Made by a program: the position numbers and the translations under genes. Under the pieces are notes generated by a model. That model worked only from the letters and a program-made list of their open reading frames with translations, ran no database searches and was not told the origin of the DNA. Positions 53,179 to 61,412 of a stretch of 64,000 nt of DNA are shown one piece after another. The stretch comes from Thermoplasmatota archaeon (GTDB taxonomy: Archaea > Thermoplasmatota > Thermoplasmata > Halarchaeoplasmatales > Halarchaeoplasmataceae), in assembly GCA_036626195.1 (NCBI GenBank), contig JAZKSH010000001.1, positions 9,334-73,333 of the forward strand. The letters are read 5' to 3'. The stretch's first letter is position 1, and the number at the start of each line of letters is the position of its first letter.

Positions 53179-53348
53179 CGAGTGCGGCAGCATTCGCCGG
53201 CGTCCGCTTTTATTTTTTTAGCAAGGGATGAGAACCCTTGGGTTCTAAAGGAATGAATTCCTTATCATCCTCACCAAGTATGCCTCGGGTTCGTGAACAA
53301 ATCTACGGTTTCGTATGATTTGTGAGCGTTTGGAACTTGTTCCGATCA

Positions 53349-53492
53349 GAATCCCGTCGCGTCCGTTTTTCTGTGAAAAACGGGCAAGGCGAGTGCGTCG
53401 GCACTCGTCGGCGTCCGCTTTTCTGTGAAAAGCGGTAAGTTAGAAATCTTTGATTTCTGACACGTCCGTTAAACTTGCTTTAACGGGCAAGG
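53349..53492 (+). repeat. Direct repeat copy 2 (144 nt, exact)
   Basis: Exact match to 53035..53178 at an offset of 314 nt. It is preceded by GGGTTCG plus a ~57-nt insert, which looks like a T-arm split by an insertion. Confidence 0.85.
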
Positions 53493-53544
53493 TGAATGCA
53501 TGAGCATTCTTTAGCGTCCGCTGACCTCATTTTAATCATTTATT

Positions 53545-53982
53545 CTAATCCGCTTTCACCACTGCTACGGTAGTCTCTGTGTGTTTGAGTACTCTTGTGG
53601 TAGTGCTTCCTATGAAAAATGACTTCAGCCCGGATCTCCCGTGAGAACATATATAGATTATATCATTTGGATTCGCTACAGCAGAGATCTCTTCATAAGG
53701 TTCCCCATCTCTTATCTCCGTTTCGAGCTCTACTCCGGCTTCGTCAGCCATTTTCTTGACTTTATCAAGCACCTTTTGCCCTTTATCCTTCTGTTGTTTC
53801 CTGAACTGATTTATCAGGTTCATCCCGGACTCTTCAAGTCTATGTCCTGATATAGCACTCGGTGGGATGACATAGACAGCTACAGCGGAAATTCCATAAG
53901 CCTTTGCAGCCTCTAACCCCTCTTCGACCCCATGAAAAGAAAGATCGGAGCCATCGGTGGGTAGGACGACTTTGTCGTACAT
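53545..53982 (-). CDS. Universal stress protein (UspA family)
   Basis: VLPTDGSD...IIYICSHGRSGL...GSTTTRVLKHT. Confidence 0.75.
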   Translation of the reverse strand: MYDKVVLPTDGSDLSFHGVEEGLEAAKAYGISAVAVYVIPPSAISGHRLEESGMNLINQFRKQQKDKGQKVLDKVKKMADEAGVELETEIRDGEPYEEISAVANPNDIIYICSHGRSGLKSFFIGSTTTRVLKHTETTVAVVKAD

Positions 53983-54071
53983 ATATACTACAATATAAAA
54001 CATGATAGTAAATATTTGTGGTCTGAAAAATGAGAGTTAATTTTATTAATACACCCATTTTTCCCTTAGCC

Positions 54072-55568
54072 ATGTCGCCTTTTGAAGAATTATTGGAGAT
54101 CTCCAACCGGCTTCGAAATATACAGCGAGCTCTATACCTTTTGGCTTGGGATGAAAGAACATATATGCCAAAGGGAGCAGTAGAGGGTCGATCCGAAAGC
54201 AAGGCAGAACTTTCTCGGCTATATCACGAGAGACTCACTTCTGAAAAAACGAAAAGGTGTATAAAGAAACTTAACAAAGAATCAAAGCAGGCAGAATTGG
54301 ACAAAGTACAGAAAGCCGCGGTAAGAGAGATGACGAGAGATTTTGAAAGGAAGTACAAGGTGCCGGATGAACTCATAGAGAAGATGTCGAAGGCTTCGAC
54401 GAAGGCTCAATCTGCCTGGGAGGTGGCTAGAGAAAAATCAGATTTTGAACACTTCCTGCCGCACCTGGAAAAGCTGGTCGAACTGAAAAAGGAAGCTGCA
54501 GAATATATAGGATACGAAAACGAACCTTATGACGCCCATATAGATGAATTCGAACCTGGATTTACCGCCGAAAAGATAAATAATATTTTCGAACCGATGA
54601 AAAATGAGCTGAGTTCTATTGTTTCAGAAATCCTCTCGACAGAGGTGAAACCTGGAGAAGGAGCCTTTGAAGGAAAAAAGTTCTCCATCGAGAAACAGAG
54701 AGATTTCTGTCATAGATTAGCCGAGGAACTTGGGTACGATTATGACCACGGTAGACTCGATAAAGCGGTGCATCCCTTCACCATGGGGATGGATGACGAT
54801 GTGAGGATCACCAACAGATATTCTGAAGAGAATATAACCTCCATCTTCAGCTTGATGCACGAAACAGGCCACGCACTTTATGAACAGGGACTTCCATCCG
54901 ATTGGTACGGTCATCCTTTGGGCAGAAGGATATCTATGGGATATCACGAGTCACAATCCAGGATGTGGGAGAACTTTGTCGGAAGGAGCAGAGAATTCTT
55001 GGACTATGTGTTTCCGAAACTCTGCGAAGAATTCCCTAAATTGGAGGATGTTTCCAAGGAAGAATTTTATCGGAGAGTCAATAGAGTCAAACCCACGTTC
55101 GTCAGGGTGGAAGCGGACGAAGTGACCTACAATCTTCACATCGCACTCAGGTACGACATAGAGCTCGGGCTCTTCAGAGGTGAGATCGAACCGGAAGAGA
55201 CTAAGGTGGTATGGGAGAACAAGATGGAAGAGTACCTCGATGTTAGGCCTGAAGATCCTTCTAAAGGTGTCCTTCAAGATGTGCACTGGTCTACTGGTCA
55301 ATTCGGTTACTTCCCGAGTTATGCTTTGGGCAATCTCTACGCTGCTCAGATATTCCATACTGCTGAAAAAGAGATCGACGGCCTGAAGGAAAAGATCGCT
55401 GAAGGAGATTTCGAGAGTTTGAGAAATTGGTCAAGAGAAAATATACACAAGCAAGGAAGGATGTACAAAGCTGAAGAGATGACCAAAAATCTGACGGGAG
55501 AAGAACTTAACGAAGAATATCATATCGAGCATCTAGAAGAGAAATATAAACCGATATACGGGCTGTGA
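54072..55568 (+). CDS. M32 carboxypeptidase (Taq-type)
   Basis: LAWDERTYMP near the N-terminus, a HETGHALYE zinc motif, and the expected size. Confidence 0.85.
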   Translation: MSPFEELLEISNRLRNIQRALYLLAWDERTYMPKGAVEGRSESKAELSRLYHERLTSEKTKRCIKKLNKESKQAELDKVQKAAVREMTRDFERKYKVPDELIEKMSKASTKAQSAWEVAREKSDFEHFLPHLEKLVELKKEAAEYIGYENEPYDAHIDEFEPGFTAEKINNIFEPMKNELSSIVSEILSTEVKPGEGAFEGKKFSIEKQRDFCHRLAEELGYDYDHGRLDKAVHPFTMGMDDDVRITNRYSEENITSIFSLMHETGHALYEQGLPSDWYGHPLGRRISMGYHESQSRMWENFVGRSREFLDYVFPKLCEEFPKLEDVSKEEFYRRVNRVKPTFVRVEADEVTYNLHIALRYDIELGLFRGEIEPEETKVVWENKMEEYLDVRPEDPSKGVLQDVHWSTGQFGYFPSYALGNLYAAQIFHTAEKEIDGLKEKIAEGDFESLRNWSRENIHKQGRMYKAEEMTKNLTGEELNEEYHIEHLEEKYKPIYGL

Positions 55569-55583
55569 TTTTAACCATCGAAA

Positions 55584-55988
55584 TCAGAAGACGGGTATCT
55601 TCCTTCTGCTGAGTTCATCCGCCCTTTTGTTCCTGTCTCTTTCTATCCATTCGAAGGAGACGTTCATCTTGTTCGCCACTTTTGAAGCTTTCTTCCAAAG
55701 GTCGAAGAGGTTGTCGCTGTTCACGCTGAACTCACCGGTCATCTGATTTATCACCAGCTTTGAATCTCCTCTACATATGATCGATTGTTCCGGATAATGT
55801 GTTTTGACATATTTTAGCCCGATTATAAGAGCTATGTACTCCACCCTATTGTTGGTGATATCGTTCATATTTTTTATGCTGCCCGCCAACTCGTCTATGA
55901 CTCTACCATCCTTTTTGATCACCACCCCATATCCGCCAGAAGGTGTAGGAGTCTCTCTACAAGCACCGTCGAATTCCACTATCAGCAT
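55584..55988 (-). CDS. rnhA: RNase HI (type 1, archaeal RNase H)
   Basis: DGACRETPTPSGGYGVV...NNRVEYIALIIGL...DSKLVINQM, a DEDD-type fold. Confidence 0.7.
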   Translation of the reverse strand: MLIVEFDGACRETPTPSGGYGVVIKKDGRVIDELAGSIKNMNDITNNRVEYIALIIGLKYVKTHYPEQSIICRGDSKLVINQMTGEFSVNSDNLFDLWKKASKVANKMNVSFEWIERDRNKRADELSRRKIPVF

Positions 55989-56554
55989 GTTTTTAGCTCC
56001 ATTTGATCCGATTCGATTTTCTTCTAATTCTTCTCAGAGAAATACCATCATCTCCAATTGAGGAATATATAGCGTACCTTTTCCGCAATACCTGATCGTC
56101 CAGAGTATCCGCTAGGTGATGCCTCCTCTGGATAAGTATCATCCATCCCTATAGATTTTGTCCTCTCATCAACCTTATCCCCTTTTTCCTTTGGGATCGG
56201 CGTAAAGTTTCACATTCATCTTATCCAACCTTTTCAATTAATCGATATACCTCCCGTCCTTTAGGATTATTATATCTCCTCTCAATACTTCGTGATATTC
56301 ATCTTCGAATATAATATTTTCAAGCCCATGGATATCTTCCACCTAGATCTTCATACTTTTCTGGTACATCTTCCCTCTCTATCCGTAGTTCATCCATATC
56401 TACACTCAATATCTTTTCGCTCATAGAATCATCATTTTTCTAACTACTCAATATACTCGAAGACATATATCTCTTGCCCTTGATATAATAGGGGCTTAGA
56501 AACAAAATAATTTATAAAGAAGTTGGTAATCTGAAAAGAACAGGTGTTGAGCAG

Positions 56555-57460
56555 TTGAGGATAAAGATCGAGGAAAAACCTTGGGATTTGTTGTTCGTAG
56601 CCGTAGTGACGGCTTTACTTATACTTGCCATAGCAGTCATCCCTGACAGCGCCCTCCGCACGATCCTCGGCCTGCCGTTCATACTGTTCTTTCCAGGCTA
56701 CGTACTGATCTCTTTTTTGTTCCCGGAGGACGAACCTTTAGATAAAATAGAAAGGATCGCCCTCTCCTTCGGTTTGAGCATCGCGATCACACCTTTAATC
56801 GGTCTTCTTTTGAACTACATCTGGGAGATCAGCCTCGTTCCCATATTATATTCACAATCTCTGTTCATATTCACATTTTCTTTACTCGCCTTTCTGCGCC
56901 GGAGGGCGATCCCGACGGAGGAAATGTTCAGTATAGAGTTCGAGATAAATCCGCCGGACTGGGAAAACTATGATATCATCGACAAAGCGTTGGTGGTAGC
57001 TACTGTTGGATTACTGATAGCGTCAGGATCACTAGCTTACCATATAGCTACAACCCCAAGAACAGGGGAAAGATTCACCGAGTTCGGGGTTCTTGGTCCG
57101 GAAGGGATGGCCGATGATTACCCCACTAACCTGACGGTTAATGAAACCGGGACAGTCATAGTCATGGTTACCAATCGTGAGCATGCCTCGGTAAATTACA
57201 CCTTGGTGATAGGTGTAGGGCATTCCTACGATAATATGAGCGATGAAGGGGATATACCGGAGGATTTCAACGTCACACTCCCATCGAACAATACCTATAA
57301 AGAAACCAGTGTCAGATTAAGGCACAGTGAAAAATGGAATAGGACCGTCAACTTTTCGATAGGAGAAGAAGATAGAGCTCTTAAACTCAATTTCTTCCTG
57401 CTGAAAGATGGAGACGTTTACAGGCAGCTCCATCTGTGGGTTGATGTATTGGAGGGATGA
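56555..57460 (+). CDS. DUF1616-family archaeal membrane protein
   Basis: N-terminal pair of TM helices with DSALRTILGLPFILFFPGY, then an extracellular beta-rich region carrying N-glycosylation sequons. Confidence 0.5.
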   Translation: MRIKIEEKPWDLLFVAVVTALLILAIAVIPDSALRTILGLPFILFFPGYVLISFLFPEDEPLDKIERIALSFGLSIAITPLIGLLLNYIWEISLVPILYSQSLFIFTFSLLAFLRRRAIPTEEMFSIEFEINPPDWENYDIIDKALVVATVGLLIASGSLAYHIATTPRTGERFTEFGVLGPEGMADDYPTNLTVNETGTVIVMVTNREHASVNYTLVIGVGHSYDNMSDEGDIPEDFNVTLPSNNTYKETSVRLRHSEKWNRTVNFSIGEEDRALKLNFFLLKDGDVYRQLHLWVDVLEG

Positions 57461-58853
57461 TTTGATAGAAGTGAAACTCAGTAGAAGGGGCAAGATATTG
57501 CTCTTACTACCTATCTTTCTAGTAGCTATCTCGATGTATTTCAGTGAGCCCTACTTGGCGGTGACCGCCGCATTGTTGTTTTCTCTATTTTTCTATTCAA
57601 GGGCTGAGATCGCCAACTGTTCTGTAGATATCGAAGACAACTTACCTGAGGGAAATAAAACGGTCGGCGAAGCCTTCAAGGTCCAACATAAGGTGAAAGG
57701 CAGTAGAGTTTTAGACCTAAAATTCTCAAAGAAGATGAACGACGAATTCGAGTTGAAAGGAAAAGATGAAGAAGAACAGGTAAGAACGGGTTCTCGATTT
57801 TCATATAAAGTTATGCCTCAAAGCAGAGGATATCACAGGTTGGGGAAGATAGAGGGCTGGCTCTACGATCCTCTGAGGATATATAAGAAGCAGATAGAGC
57901 ACGATATCGAGGAGGAAGTGGTCGTACGGAGTTCGAAGGAAGCGATAAAAAGAGCTAAAACGTACTCGAAGAGAAAACATGCGGAGGAGTTCGTTGAGGA
58001 TCCTTTCGCTTTCACACAGCGCTCTAATGAATTCGAGGGGATTAGAGAGTTCCACCCGGGAGATTCACTGAGAGATATACACTGGAAGTCGTTTTCCAAG
58101 TTCCAGAAATTGATGACCAGGATTTACGAAAGGGTTTCCCCCATCGGTGCCCAGATACTGCTCGATTGCTCCCCGTCTATGAGAAGAAGACTGCCGGATG
58201 GCACAACCAAACTCGACCATACCATATACGTCTCACTTCAGATATTGAAGAACTTCGAAGTCTTAGGTCACGCGATAGGCATGACCGCCTATGATCACAA
58301 AAAAGTGATCTTTCATAAAAGTCCAGATCTGGAAAGTACGGCCTTTAGAAGGTTGTATGAGAAGGTCAGTGATCTCCCTAGGGCCATCGAGCCTAAAGAC
58401 ATCTCTATAGATAGGTACGACGATTCTCTAGATTTCTCCGATCTAGATTCAGATGAAAAGCGTTTTTCTAAAAAGATCGGACAATTCATTTCTAAGAATG
58501 GACGCCAGAATATCGCAGGTGTACTTTCTTCCGTCGACCAGATGAAGGCGAGAGAGGAAAAAAGAAAATTGGTTATCATAATCTCGGACCTCGAGATGCA
58601 GGCTAAGGCGACATTGAAGGCCGTGGAGCATCTAAAAGAGATGAAACATGAAGTCTGGATTATAGTTCCTTTTAGTCCCTGGTACGACGTAGAAGATGTT
58701 GATGAAAAAACGCTTGAGAAGGCTTACCAAGAGTATGAAAAGTTGGAGAATATTTTAGGTTATATGGAACGCTTAGGCTGTCCTATATTCGAACTCTATC
58801 CGGATAGAGAAGGTTTCACTATACTGGAGGAATGGGGTGAGAGAAAGATATGA
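57408..58853 (+). CDS. DUF58-family protein (partner of MoxR ATPases)
   Basis: REFHPGDSLRDIHWKSFSK motif. The ORF overlaps the previous gene, and the true start is probably an internal Met. Confidence 0.6.
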   Translation: METFTGSSICGLMYWRDDLIEVKLSRRGKILLLLPIFLVAISMYFSEPYLAVTAALLFSLFFYSRAEIANCSVDIEDNLPEGNKTVGEAFKVQHKVKGSRVLDLKFSKKMNDEFELKGKDEEEQVRTGSRFSYKVMPQSRGYHRLGKIEGWLYDPLRIYKKQIEHDIEEEVVVRSSKEAIKRAKTYSKRKHAEEFVEDPFAFTQRSNEFEGIREFHPGDSLRDIHWKSFSKFQKLMTRIYERVSPIGAQILLDCSPSMRRRLPDGTTKLDHTIYVSLQILKNFEVLGHAIGMTAYDHKKVIFHKSPDLESTAFRRLYEKVSDLPRAIEPKDISIDRYDDSLDFSDLDSDEKRFSKKIGQFISKNGRQNIAGVLSSVDQMKAREEKRKLVIIISDLEMQAKATLKAVEHLKEMKHEVWIIVPFSPWYDVEDVDEKTLEKAYQEYEKLENILGYMERLGCPIFELYPDREGFTILEEWGERKI

Positions 58854-59347
58854 AAGGGAAAAAATTTGCCACGCACCTTCTCGGCTCTCTACTCGTCCTG
58901 TCTACCCTATACCATTCAGATACATTATATTCGCTTTTAGTAGTTATACCCTTTTTATCAGTCTCTTACTTCGTCTATCGAGAAAAAAATCGATTGGTCT
59001 TCCCTTCACTGCTTTTTGTCACTTTATCCACATCTTTCTTCATCTCCGGTGGCTCGATGAACGAACTATTTTCCTTGTTCATCTTCCTCATAAGTTTTGC
59101 CGGCCCTCTATTAATATACTGGTTAATCGTACTTTTAGACGAACCGAAAATAAGATTGAGACCTCTCGGTGTCGCTCTCTCTTACGTCTTTATGACCGGT
59201 TTGCTGTTCTACCTACTTCCGGCTCTATTAGGTATTTCTGGTTTTATCATATCAGCGGAAAATAGAGGCCCTCAGACTCTCCTGTTTTTTGGCGCCGGGG
59301 TGCTGATTGCGGTACCTTATCAAATGATACTAGAGATGAAAGGCTAG
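58850..59347 (+). CDS. Small polytopic membrane protein
   Basis: 165 aa, four to five hydrophobic helices, ATGA overlap with the DUF58 gene. Confidence 0.4.
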   Translation: MKGKKFATHLLGSLLVLSTLYHSDTLYSLLVVIPFLSVSYFVYREKNRLVFPSLLFVTLSTSFFISGGSMNELFSLFIFLISFAGPLLIYWLIVLLDEPKIRLRPLGVALSYVFMTGLLFYLLPALLGISGFIISAENRGPQTLLFFGAGVLIAVPYQMILEMKG

Positions 59348-60313
59348 TTTCTAGAAAGGTTCCCTTTCGGAGCCTCCACTCTCTCACCTAGGATATCATC
59401 TAAAATATGGTGTTCATCTATATCTTCCAATTCGGCCTCTACTGAGACAATCAACCTGTGGGGTAATACTCTTCTTGCCATCTCCTTAACGTGATCAGGT
59501 ATCACATAATCCTTTTCATTTATAAGAGCAAAAGCTTTCGATGCATAGAGCAGCTGCTCACCGGCCCTCGGGGAAGCCCCTACTACCAGTTCTTCGACAT
59601 TCCTAGTCTCGAAGATTATGTCTCTTATGTAACTTAACACGCTGTCTGAAACGAAAACGTTTTCATGAAGATTACGGATCTGCAATCCGAAGTCGTCTTC
59701 CACCTTGTTCACTTTTTTAACGTCCCAATCACCGTTCTTGCTTCAGCATATCCAACTCGTCTTCCCGACCGAGATAACCCATGTCGCTCTTTATCATGAA
59801 CCTGTCAAGTTGGGCTTCGGGTAGGGGGTAAACTCCCTCGGTCTCGATCGGATTCCTAGTGGCTATTACGAAAAATGGTTCGGGAAGCCCTAACGTTTTA
59901 CCTTCTATGGTCACTTGGTTCTCCTGCATCGCCTCTATGAGCGCCGACTGAGTTTTGGGCGGAGCCCTGTTTATCTCGTCCGCCATCAGCACCTGAGCGA
60001 AGACCGGTCCTTTTCTCAACTCGAATTCGCTGCTTTTCTGATCATAATAGTAATGCCCAGAGATATCCGCAGGCAGCATATCCTGGGTGAACTGTATCCT
60101 CTCGTAGTCGAGATCGACGGCCTTAGTAAAGACTTTTATCATGGTGGTCTTGGCTATCCCGGGAACCCCTTCCAGTAAGAGGTGTCCACCGGTCATCAAG
60201 CACACCAAAAAATCATCTATCACATCTTCATAGCCGATGATGACCTTGCTCACTTCTTTTTTGACCCGGTCGAACTTATTTTTGTAGAGTTCATGATCCT
60301 CCAAATTCTTCAT
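59344..60313 (-). pseudogene. moxR: MoxR-type AAA+ ATPase split into two frames (N-terminal ATPase 59729..60313; C-terminal lid 59344..59712)
   Basis: The Walker A GVPGIAKTT and sensor regions lie in ORF A. VFVSDSVLSYIRDIIFETR lies in ORF B. Frame B is open upstream to 59742 and frame A stops at 59729..59731. A 1-nt indel in 59732..59742 would fuse them into ~316 aa. Confidence 0.6.
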
Positions 60314-61412
60314 CTCCTTTATCGACTTTGATGAATCGGTCGTTTATCATCTCAAGTTTGTCTTTATCCCAATCGGGATGATTATTTAACACTTTTGCGA
60401 TAGGTTCTTCTTCCTTTTCTTCACCGATTAAATAGAACAAAAATTGCTTCAACTTCTTCAAAATAGTATCTCCGCTCTCGGTCCAGGTATGATATACACC
60501 TACACCTATACCGAAGAACAGGAGTAGAACGGCCGCGATCAGGTTGGGGACGGCCCCCGTATATATCATCCTATTGACAAAGCTCATCTCCCTGTGACTT
60601 TCGTCGAATATCAAATTGGATCTTCCCCGGGAAAGGTAATCCAATATGTTAACGCTCAGAGCTCGATTATCCATCTTGTTCAACATCGAGTTGATGAATA
60701 TACTCGGATCAGAAACTAATATGAGTTCGCCTTCCCCGTAACTTTCCGCGGTAATCAATGGATACTGTTTAAAAGATTCGTCATCATCCTTCATCTTATT
60801 TTCGTTTTCATCCAGCCAAGAGGCTCTCGAGCTCGTCAAGAGAGTGGTCGCATTTTCGTCCTTATCGATAGCCGTAGGTGCGTTGAGCATCACGTGAGAT
60901 ATGTTATCTGTGATGTGGTGTTCAGTAGTATTGTAGGCTACTCCAAATTTTGGTTTTTTCTCAAAAGACAGGTCTAAAAGAGGAGAGGTGCGAAAGGACG
61001 AGTTAGTATCGAGTCCCTCTAAAAGGGAGTTTCCGCTTCCCCGATCATCCGCTAACACCACTTTTCCTCCATCTTGAAGAAAATCGTGGACAAAATCCTT
61101 GCTTTCACCGCTGAATTCCTGCCTAGGACCTATAATCATAATACCGGTCTTTTCCGGTTCTGCATCATATTCAGTCAGCTCTTTTTGGGTCACTTCGGTT
61201 CTTTTCCCTTCTGCAAGTTCGATATTGGGAGTAAAACTTCCCATCTCCCGGGTTTTGACGGCTAGATCGCTGCAGCCGTTCCAGCCCGGATTGTAGATAC
61301 TGAAATCACTATCGTTGACCACGAGAGGTGCCGATATCGCTAGAAAAAATATCAAAAAGAACACGGCGATAGCGATTATGTATATGGTGACCCTCCTCAT
61401 CTTCTCTTTCAA
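60291..61412 (-). CDS. Membrane protein with a large extracytoplasmic domain (DUF4350-like), tentative
   Basis: TM helices at both the N- and C-termini. It sits within the MoxR/DUF58 cluster. Confidence 0.35.
   Translation of the reverse strand: MKEKMRRVTIYIIAIAVFFLIFFLAISAPLVVNDSDFSIYNPGWNGCSDLAVKTREMGSFTPNIELAEGKRTEVTQKELTEYDAEPEKTGIMIIGPRQEFSGESKDFVHDFLQDGGKVVLADDRGSGNSLLEGLDTNSSFRTSPLLDLSFEKKPKFGVAYNTTEHHITDNISHVMLNAPTAIDKDENATTLLTSSRASWLDENENKMKDDDESFKQYPLITAESYGEGELILVSDPSIFINSMLNKMDNRALSVNILDYLSRGRSNLIFDESHREMSFVNRMIYTGAVPNLIAAVLLLFFGIGVGVYHTWTESGDTILKKLKQFLFYLIGEEKEEEPIAKVLNNHPDWDKDKLEMINDRFIKVDKGDEEFGGS

Noticed and set aside
53035-53530. Possible CRISPR array suggested by the regularly spaced ~30-nt hairpin repeats downstream of the tRNA
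   Set aside because: The repeat copies are not identical to each other. The spacers between them are only ~20 nt and are themselves palindromic. The whole block is duplicated as a unit. No cas genes are nearby. It fits att-scars or structured elements better.
55804-56061. 85-aa plus-strand ORF overlapping the rnhA start
   Set aside because: It is antisense to a clear RNase HI gene over most of its length and has a low-complexity hydrophobic sequence. It is probably not expressed.
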